DNA of 63,603 nt, the filler included, from Intoshia linei (taxonomy: Eukaryota > Animalia > Orthonectida): NCBI GenBank assembly GCA_001642005.1. It is 5 parts of 5 records of this genome, joined end to end, with 100 filler letters (N's around TTAATTAATTAA, not from the genome) between each part and the next. Parts side by side here need not be neighbours in the genome. Positions count along the whole stretch, not along the records: positions 49,241 to 62,337 come from LWCA01001035.1; positions 62,438 to 63,603 come from LWCA01002755.1; 3 more parts are not named here. The stretch is one strand, 5' to 3'. Below, piece by piece: positions 53,481 through 63,603 of this stretch (position 1 is the first letter of the stretch; each line of letters opens with the position of its first letter). The translations under genes and the position numbers were made by a program. The notes below the pieces were generated by a model, which did no database searches, was not told where the DNA came from, and was given only the letters and a program-made list of their open reading frames with translations.

Positions 53481-56400
53481 TAATAGATGCGTGATAGAAA
53501 AATAGAATACATTACAACAAAACATTTTGATAAAGATTTACAAAGATTTACAGAATAAATAATAATAATAACATAATAATATTAATAGTCATTAACCACT
53601 AACTAAGAGAAGCGAGTCGTCTAAAGTTAAAACTATTTATGAACAGATTATGAAAAATATTTGTAAATAACTTAAAAAACTATTTATTTGATAAGATACA
53701 TGTAGATCTAATGCTTTTATAAAAAACACTTTTGCAGTAACTACAGTTTATAAAATCTTAGCCTCTTACCAATGATAGCCTGCCTGTAACATTTTTATGA
53801 TTATGCATTATATTTTTGTAATAAAACCATTAAGACTCTAATCGTTATCGTATTTTGAGTATTGATGTGCGTAATATTCGATATTATGATATAAATTAAT
53901 TTAATTATTAATTAATTATTTTATTAATTATGGATAGCTTAGTGTTCAAAACATAAACTAATATTATTTAATACTTTACAGTTAGTAATTTACTAATATT
54001 TTTAGTGATGATATTTATATATAAATATTTATTTACTAGCAAGTACTTTTTTTTAATAAAAAGTGAACTATTCATACTAATTAATATCTCACATAGAATG
54101 TAACATTTTATATATAGAATTTAACCTAATGAGTTAAATTCATTGTACTACGTAGTAATATACTAACTGTAATAATATTATGTTAATATAATAATTATTA
54201 TTGCCCATTTCATAATGATATTAACATCATAAAAAACTTGAATTTGCTGATGTAAAAATGTACATTGTACATTAGGCTATTCTAATTTTATTTTATATTT
54301 TTATATTCGTCACAAAACACCCCGCGTCTTTACTTTTTGCTGTTTTCCTACATTTTTCATAATAAAAAAATATGGAAATATTTTTTTTCCCGTAATTTTC
54401 ATGAATTTGTTATAATTTTAAGATATAACATAAATCATGTGACACTTATCATATTAATAAAAAAAATCAATAAAAAATCTTTTATTTTGGACACAGTTCA
54501 CGGACAAATTTTTTGTCATTTTTAAAAAAATTATATAATTTCAATTGTACATTGTATATCTTCATTTTATTAAAGTGAGTAAATTTTTAAATTCATTTTT
54601 ATGGTATTGAAATAGATTTGTATCATTTGTTTGTGAGTCAATATCAATCATACACCATGTATACCATGTTTCTTAAAAATTTCTGATTAATTGATTCAGA
54701 GCCAAACCTACTCAGCCCGAGACACCGAAAACCAAAAATAGTCCCTTAAAAATTGTTACAAACGATGCATAGTGTCATATATCCCTAACCACTTCTCTAA
54801 GCCTCTTTACATGACATTCTAAATATAACACACAAAATAGTTATGATGTTCAATATAATATAATTTTTTAATGCTCAATTAAGAAAAACAAGGCCCCTTT
54901 TTACAAAAATTATGTTGGTACGGTACGGTCTCGGTACGGTAAGTTCGGAAAGAGTTGATTTATTCAAAGCGAAATAAAAATATAATCAGGCAACTACAAA
55001 TGCTGAAAATGATATATTTGAAACTGCAGATACACAAATGTATACACGATGTACTTGTCATTATTATATAATTAGTGAAAATTTGCATCACAAAATTATA
55101 TATAATATTAAATATTTTTTAACATTATAGAGTGTATTTTATTAATATTACTGTAAAAAAATTTTCCACCAAAATTTATTTACTAAGAATTTTGCAGCAA
55201 ATCAAATTCAGTTAAAATTCAATTTTTTAGATATGCGTAATTTCTAAATTTTATAAATATACTTACATGTATGTAGCTTAATATAATACAAAAGAAAGAA
55301 GTGTAAATTGAATGACAGAACAACATTAAAAGTTGTTTTATGAATTTTGACTAGCATAATTTTTCTTTATTTATTTATTCAAATTGATAAAAGAATCCTC
55401 TCCTGATCTACCCCCATTTGTATAAAATGAAATATCTTTATATTTGTATTTTTCGCAATTTATTGAATCCTAGAATTTTAAAAAGCTTAAATTGTTCTCA
55501 AAATGTGAACATAACTCTAGATTCAGAACATAATTTAGTGTTGTTCTGTGTAATTCGATTCATATATTTATTACCATTGTTTAATTTTTTTTAAATTTAG
55601 TGGGTTTGCTTAATACATATAAAATGAAATCTTACATGTTATCAGTGCCGAACCTACCGTACCGAGATTTATTCAGAGACCTCGATTAAATTTTGTAAAA
55701 TTGAAGTCTAGTTTTTTTCAAAATTGATCATTAAAAAAATAATATTCTTGAATATTATAATAACTATTTTGTTTATTAAATTTAAAATGCAAGTAGACAC
55801 CTTAGACTCTAAGCCGTTGAGAGTTGGCTATGCCATTATTCATCATTTGTGATTTTTTTAGTGTCCATCTTTCAATTTTTGTGGCCTCGATCAGGGTTAA
55901 TTGGGCGCTGCATGTTATTGTTATTTTATTCGCGAATCGATTATGTCACAACGAATTCCTAAGTCTAATATAAGTAAAATACATGTATTTATCATATATA
56001 TTATATTTGCGAGATACAAAAAAACCATCCAAATAATTGTAATATAATAGGCTCTACTCAAAGATATAACTATAAGAACTGTACAGTACAGTGCGTCCAT
56101 CGTTATGATTTAATTACATTTATTAGTATTGTGTTATATTTTTTAAATATATTTCATTTGTAGAAATTTGTAATATTTAAATTTATATCACTATTATTTA
56201 TGTTAATTATATATAGCTCGGTTCAGACGGTTACGTTACGTTAATATTCTAAAGTTTAAACTGATAATTTTTAAATATTTTGCGTAAGTAACGAAAAATA
56301 TAATTAATGATTAATTAAATATCTTCGATTATATTTATTTTAATATATATTTATTTGTTAATAATAATTATTAAAAAAAGTTAATGTTATTTAAAAGTAT

Positions 56401-56527
56401 TATAATTAATATTTAATATTTAATATTTTTTTATATTTAATTTTGGAATATTAAATTAGTATTACAAGTTAAATAAAAAGGAAAAAATTGTATAGAATTT
56501 TATATTTCGTTGTCTAAAATTTCAATA

Positions 56528-56853
56528 CAGTGGTTGTCGATTTAAAGCACACTTTTTTGTTTTTGGTAGATTTAAAAAGAAAAAAATATTAATTTCAACA
56601 TTAAATACTAAACGGATACATTTCTTATTTTGCGGGGACTCTATTTCCTATTTAAATGTGAATTCTCAAATTTTAAAAATTTTAAAAAGTTAAAAATAAA
56701 GAACGTCTTCATTTTAAACTACAGCATTTATTGCGAGTTCTATTTTTATATACATTATCTTTAGAAAATCTGGAAAACATTAAATTTAAAGCACACATTT
56801 GATTTAAAGCACGCTATTTTTCAGAAAGCTGTAGTTTAAATCGACAACCACTG
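56528..56853. mobile_element. Tc1/mariner-type MITE (326 bp)
   Basis: Perfect 19-bp TIR CAGTGGTTGTCGATTTAAA, flanked by TA on both sides. Confidence 0.88.
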
Positions 56854-59219
56854 TATTTATGTTATGCATTCGCAGTGCAAAATTAGCCATGACATGTGAC
56901 TGATTTTTCAATAAAATTAAATCAAAGTTAAGTAAAAAATATATACATCACTATTCTCTATTTCGCCATTTTACAATAATTATTGTGATTATTATTATAA
57001 TTATCTGTACCAGATTTGGCTACTTTTTTATCATAAGAGAGAATTTGACTAATTCTTATAAAAGCAAATATTATTTACTTTAGAGAGAATTTATTTAGAA
57101 TTGTCAATAAATCAATGTAATATAAAAAATTTTATACTAAACAACATCTATCAATGTATTTTACGTCTCAGCCGAGCTAATCCTGTGGGATCATTATGCT
57201 TAAAATAATAGTATTTGTAATATTTTCATAATATACTATTTTGTGAACATAAATTAAATCATCTAATTCTAGTATTATTTGTCAATGAGTTATTAATAGC
57301 ATTTTCATTATAGACGGTATTATTATTAACATAGACAAACCATTACAAATGTGGGGATTACGGACCCAGGGGTCTAACAAACATTTGCAGTATTTTTGTG
57401 TTAACATGTGGGTGATTGAAATTTAAGCTTATTTTATTCACCCCACCATAAAAATAATGGATATTATCATATAATTTCACTTTCATAAATTTATAGATTA
57501 ATTTTTTGAAATATCTTTAGAAAAAATTCTTTCACAACAGCATAATAAATTATTATAATGTACATATTAATGTTAGTTTGTATTTTTAATTTTTTTATCG
57601 ATTGCCTCCCCTAGTTACCATCATGTTACATTCTTATAAATATCAAATTTAATATTTACAATAGTAAAGATAATTTTAAAATGAAAAAGTCGGTTTAAAA
57701 ATATTGATAATTCCCTGATTACTTTTCAAATATTGAAAAAAGGTGTTTGATGGACAGGTTAATAATGATATAATATTACATTTATTGTGATTATTCATGT
57801 TTATTATAATTTATATATGATATTGATGTTATATTTTAATCAGATAAGAGTGATTTTTAATTTAATTTTTCTAATTATAAATTAAAAAAAAATACATTAT
57901 TATATTTTAGCTAATATGGATGCAGGTAAAAATAGATATTTAAAATTAACATTTAATTAGAAATCAATTAACAGTATTGCCTTATCAATTGGGCAATACT
58001 TGCCAGTTCAAACCTTGGCAAATTACATTGATAATAGTAGTCATGATGAGTTTTCTTATATCATTTTAAATCAGTGTTTCTCAACTTTTTTTTCGTTGTA
58101 AACCATATTTTATTCAAACTTTTTTTGTGAATAACCATAAACCAACGTTTCCCATATGCCAATTAGCGGAAAAAATTATATATTAACGAATATACTAACT
58201 AAGGGTAGGCAAACAAAACATTTATGAGATCGAATGTTGAACACCCCTGAACTATTTCAACATCGTTGTATCTATATATAAATGCTTTTAATTTAATTTT
58301 ATTTTTAATTTTGTTTAATTCATTCATTTGTTATTAATCTGTATTATTTATTATTATTGAGTATTACGCAGTTGATATGTAGTAAGTATCGATTAAATAG
58401 TAATCTTGTTTTAAATGTATAATGTATCCATTTTAGATGAATGTAAATTTTATACATTTTTGTAGTATAATTTGTAATATACATGTTATAACATGAATGA
58501 TGGTTATCAATAATATACAAAAAGATAATTGTAAATAACTATAACAAAAATATGATATATGATATAAAATATGAACAATATAATAGTAAAAATGCATATT
58601 TATAAGGTTGAAATTGATGAAAATCCTTATGATTTTAAAAACTATCCCAGAATTTATGTTTTATAAAATTGTAGGAAATGTTTCATTTTTAAAACAAAGT
58701 GTACTTTTGGGTTTTAACAATGAGGGTTAGCGTTTTTGAGGCTGATATTTACAATAATATTGATACTTTTAAAAGGCGTCCCAGAATTTATATTTTATTA
58801 ATTTTTTGGGTTGATTTTATTTTTAAACAAAATGGTAAATTGGGTTTATGACTCTGAATCATCAAATTCGAAAACTAAAAAATAGATATCAACATTACCT
58901 ACGAAACACTGATTCGAAATTGGGTTTTTTTAAATTCTTAGACTGTTACTTTTTAAATATACGGTAACATATAGACATTCCATTTTATAAAAGTAACAAA
59001 TTAGACAATATCTTAGATTCACTTTTACTTACTGCATTGTAAAAACATTTTGGAGGCCTTACTTTAAAGGATTCGTAAAAGTAAATGGTAACATCTTTAG
59101 TAATAGTCTATGTAAGATTAAATTTAACTTTTTGGTGGTAAAATTAGACAAGTTCGCCTTCTGTAGACATATCTACAGTGTAGATTTTACACTTTGTACC
59201 AAGTGCCTAACAGTCAACG

Positions 59220-59741
59220 CATAGCCATCTTAAACCACTTTGTGTCCCTGGGCTAAGCAAAGGACCGGAGGCCCTTTACATTTTTGATCGAAGTAAAAAA
59301 GTGTTTGGAGCGCAGCAAGAAAAAATTTCGAGCAAAGCGATAAAAAAAATTTAGGGCCCTTTTTTTGAAAATAAATAAGAGAAAATCAAAAATTTCATAC
59401 TTTTTTTTTTGAATATTCACTTAATAGAAAAGTTTTAATGTTTAATATTATCATTTGAAACAGTTTTTATGTCAATATATGATGAACATTGTAGAAAATA
59501 TTTTAAATTAAATATAATACCAGAACTTTGATTCTTTAAACTATTTTCTTTCTAGCTATTTGAATTCACACACTTAAAACCTCTGAACTGTTTATTAAGA
59601 TATAAATTTGAAGTATTTTTTGATACATTGGGGGCCTCTTTTTAAGATATAAGTGTAAAGTACTTTTATTAATTTGGGGGCCTTTTTTAGTAAGTGGCCC
59701 TGGGCTACAGCCCATATTGCCCATGCCTTAAAACGGCTCTG
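59220..59741. mobile_element. hAT-type MITE (522 bp) with perfect 8-bp TSD, nested in a Helitron 3' terminus
   Basis: TIRs CATAGCCATCTTAA / TTAAAACGGCTCTG. TSD AGTCAACG at 59212-59219 and 59742-59749. Confidence 0.88.
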
Positions 59742-62437
59742 AGTCAACGTAGTATTAAATATTATTATATATTAATATTTATTATTTATAGATAGTAAAT
59801 GCTATTTTAAATTTAAAACATATAATTATCTAATAGAGCTATTCTTCGTCATAAATTAATAAAATGATAAATTTAAATTATATGAATATGAGTCTTGAAT
59901 ACTATTTCCAGTAGGTCACTTAAATTAAAATATTTATATTATATTTGTTAGAGAATGGCTCAATATTTATAAAATATATAATAATTAAATTAAAATGATA
60001 AGTATCTATCTCCTACTAATACTGAATGACGCGGAGTCATTGACGACTAAATGAAACTACTCAAATTTTGTACTATTTAATTTTTTTTATGTTTAAAACG
60101 AGGGAATTAGGGAATTTGGAAAGGGAATATACAGGTTTAGAAATTTGAAGTGAACGTGGACGTTATTGAAGTTATTTGATATAGAATATTTGTTAACTTA
60201 ACGTAACTTTCAGCTTTTTAAATAAATAGTGCAACACAGATATACACACATTGTTACCATATTTTACTTTACATATGTACATTAAGGTTTCTCTTGTAAA
60301 AATATCATTCGGGTTTAACATGATACATTGTACATAAGTACAAATATGTATAGTATACATATGTATATTTACATATATGTATATGTATAAGTAATGTGAT
60401 AATTTACGAAATCATCATGGTTTATATTCAATTGATTCTAATTTAAAAAAATGTAATTATAGAGCGTAATTCATCTTATAAGAGCCGATAATTTAGTTTA
60501 TTTAATTTCGTTGATGGCATGAACTGTGTCGTGGCAGTGGATTTCCCCATATTTGGCGTATACGGTGCAATACTCGGTGCCACAGCGACTAAACATATTA
60601 GGCGTATATAATGTACCCATTTAATACACTCAATTATTTTTAAATTATAAATTTTATTATATTTCAGAACATGTTGGTAAGTTAATAAAATCAAAATTGA
60701 ATTTATACTATTGTTTTTTATACAATTTAATTAAAAAGTGTAAATAGAGAAAATGTAATTTTCTAACAAATTCATTTATGTTGGTTTAGAAAGTAATATA
60801 TACTTTAATTATTTAAATTAAACGATTAATGAGATAATTCTGACTAGTACGATAGAATAAAACGTTCATACGCTGATTTTTAATAAGATAGAATATTAAA
60901 AATTTGTTTAAAATTTTTTGAATTGTTACACAATTTATTTATTTGTATTTCTAAAATTGTCATAAAAAATAAAATATGGTATATATACTTATAATTATAA
61001 GTACATGCAACTTGCATGATGGAAGTCATTCTGAAAACATCTTTTTTTCCTATTTATATTTACATTAATTTTATATTTTAGATGCTCGACGTATACGAAT
61101 AATATATAAATAATATTATTTACCTAATATCAGGATATTACGTTTTTTGTTGACATTTCAGTTATTGTCAAAGTTTAACAAAATTAAAAAATAAAATTTC
61201 AATAAATATTTTTATGAAATAGGACATACATTTAAAATTATGAATACCCACAAATCAAATGTTTAATGTAAAATGGTATAGTCTTGATACAATTAAAAAG
61301 TTGTTTTTTTGTTAAAATATTTTCATCTTGTAACTGAACAACAGCTCAAAAATCTTTTTAAAACAAATAACCCCACTTTGCATATGAAGGGAAGGCGGCA
61401 CACAATAAAATTATTGGAAATTGAATATTACTGTTTATATAACATTTAATTGTGTACATACATATTACATTATCATACAATGTTTATGATTTTAGTTGAA
61501 GACCGTAAATTCATGATTTTATTTTTATATCATTTTGTATATAAATTCAAAACAAAATATTAATTTAAATATCTTAATTAGAAAGTATATTATTATAATG
61601 ATATAGTTATTATAATTATAATATTTTTATCAAAAATTTCGACTATTTGATGTTCCAATTGTCTGGGAATCCAATAATATGATTATTCCTGTTTTAATTT
61701 TTTTTATAGTCACAGAAAATAATATCAATTCAAATATTAAATTTATTTTTTTGTATTTTAAATATATTTAGTCAGTAATATCTATTAATGTTGAGATGTT
61801 TGTGATAATAACCGGCTCTTTCACTTGTATTATACATAGTTCAAAATTTCTTATTTATGTAACAAGTTAATAAGAGTTATAGAACAGAGGGAGAATTAAA
61901 AATATCATGTAGTTTTATAGCAATTTTTTATTATAGCACTTTGTCTGCACAAATTGACTTTTTTAATATTTAAGGAAAAATTTTTATAATGTAACTTAAT
62001 CAATTTCGCGATAAAAAAATGTATAAAAAAATAAATCAAAATAATTTTTCAGTGAGGGTACCTAAAAATGAAAATTGAGGTGACAAAGAGATTTTAAAAT
62101 TATTACCCTTAAATTTTAATATTTTATAGAGTGTAATGTTGATAATAAATTTGAATTTAAAATATTATATATAATTTGATATACTATTCACTAATTCATT
62201 CCTTAAATTAGCGTGTTTGAAAATTAAATCTACATTAATTAAATTATTTCTTTTTTTATACAATTCATACAATTTCATTAACAGATAGTAATTTATTTAG
62301 AGTTTAATGATTAGATTGTTTTTTATATAATATATAANNNNNNNNNNNNNNNNNNNNNNNNNNNNNNNNNNNNNNNNNNNNTTAATTAATTAANNNNNNN
62401 NNNNNNNNNNNNNNNNNNNNNNNNNNNNNNNNNNNNN

Positions 62438-62959
62438 TTGTTTGACATCGAACTGTAAGTGGAATGGGTCTTCCAATTATTGTTATGGTTAATTTTAAAT
62501 GTATTATAATAAATATAATTATAATAAAAATATTACTCCAATACAATAATCATTATTAGAAAATATTAAATTATAATTAGAAATATGTGAAACTGTCACA
62601 AATTATGAGGAATGTATGATGAAAGGATGTCAGTGGAGTTATGGAGCCCTATTTTGCTCAGGTAATTTAATATGAAGCATAATATTTGTAGATTTTTCCT
62701 TAATATTTTACATTTATAAAATATGTACGTTACCGTGAATTTAGAAGCGTGCTACATGTTTACTAATGCAGCAGATTGTCAGATCAATAATTGCAAATGG
62801 AACGATGCATATATTTACTGTGAAGGTAATTAGTGCAATTAAATATAAATAATACTTTATTGATGACATTATATTCAGAATCATGCAACGGTATTATTAA
62901 TGATCAAGATTGTAATATGAAGGGTTGTTTATGGATTTCTTCATCAATGATGTGTAAAG
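62438..62959 (+). CDS. Internal fragment of a Cys-rich tandem-repeat protein; one 27-aa repeat per 81-nt exon (62438-62487 partial, 62581-62661, 62745-62825, 62879-62959)
   Basis: Three exons of exactly 81 nt with AG/GT boundaries, all phase 1, encode EICETVTNYEECMMKGCQWSYGALFCS, EACYMFTNAADCQINNCKWNDAYIYCE and ESCNGIINDQDCNMKGCLWISSSMMCK. A partial repeat, CLTSNCKWNGSSNYCY, precedes them. Confidence 0.88.
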
Positions 62960-63603
62960 GTATTTCGATTCAATAATAGATATTGAACTTTTTTATTAGT
63001 ACTAATACTATACCTATATTAAATATAATATCTTTGTGTGTTTGTTACTGTTTATTTTAAAAAATAACAGCTACAGAATTTAATAAATTACAACATATGA
63101 TATAATTAATAAAAATTATAATTTTATAATCAACCTTTTATTATCAGTAATTGGCTCTTCAGAATCAAACACCAAAATTAATCTTTTTATAAAATAAATC
63201 ACTTACTGATTTTAAAATTTTTTGTGTGTGTTAAGTAGTTATAGTGGCATGAGCTTTAAGATTCGTTAAAATTTTAGGTCTATTTTCATTAATATAAAAA
63301 TATAATCTGGGTTTTAATCGTGAAAAAAACTTGTTTACGGTTCTGATTTATGATAATGCTTATTATTGTAAAAAATGGGTAATTTGGTGATTTGACAGTA
63401 AATATATTTGCTAAGGCTGAGATTACCGATAATGTTAATGCATTTAAAACGCGCAACAGAATTTATATTTTTTTAAATTCTATAAGTATTAATTTATTAA
63501 TTAATCGGTAACATTCAATTTGACATAAGTATACTTTTAATAAGTAATGATACTAAATTTAAAATTGATATCACATAGAACCATGCTACAAAGCAAATAA
63601 TGA

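Noticed and set aside
1-63603. Alternative nuclear genetic code (stop reassignment), and tRNA/rRNA genes
   Set aside because: All conserved genes splice into open frames under the standard code and end in TAA. In-frame stops occur only in TE remnants. No tRNA or rRNA was recognisable by eye; the Gypsy PBS is only complementary to a tRNA 3' end.

Overview
Very AT-rich eukaryotic (metazoan) genomic DNA. The window is five separate contigs joined by artificial N44-TTAATTAATTAA-N44 linkers at 20931-21030, 26041-26140, 49141-49240 and 62338-62437. Genes have many tiny GT-AG introns (33-47 nt) plus a minority of long introns filled with transposon debris. This resembles a compact-genome invertebrate such as an orthonectid, but the taxon is inference only. 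Contig 1: EXOC7/Exo70 (-), WBP11 (+) and the 5' part of FOXJ1 (+). Contig 2: a hATm-like transposon remnant and a small spliced gene fragment. Contig 3: Gypsy and THAP remnants, a ZBBX-like gene apparently lacking its B-box (-), a gene fusing a calcineurin-B/CHP-like EF-hand region to a Death domain (-), a C/EBP-like bZIP (+), CCDC6 (-) and the 5' part of CFAP44 (+). Contig 4: gene-poor, with a Chapaev3-type transposon carrying a hATm-like 5' half, plus MITEs. Contig 5: a tandem array of 81-nt phase-1 exons, each encoding one 27-aa four-cysteine C-x-W repeat. A non-autonomous Helitron family and several hAT/Tc1 MITE families recur throughout. The best leads are the EF-hand/Death-domain fusion, the one-exon-one-repeat Cys-rich gene, the Chapaev3/hATm chimera and the B-box-less ZBBX. 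All gene models were spliced by hand. Family assignments come from remembered sequence motifs, not database searches.
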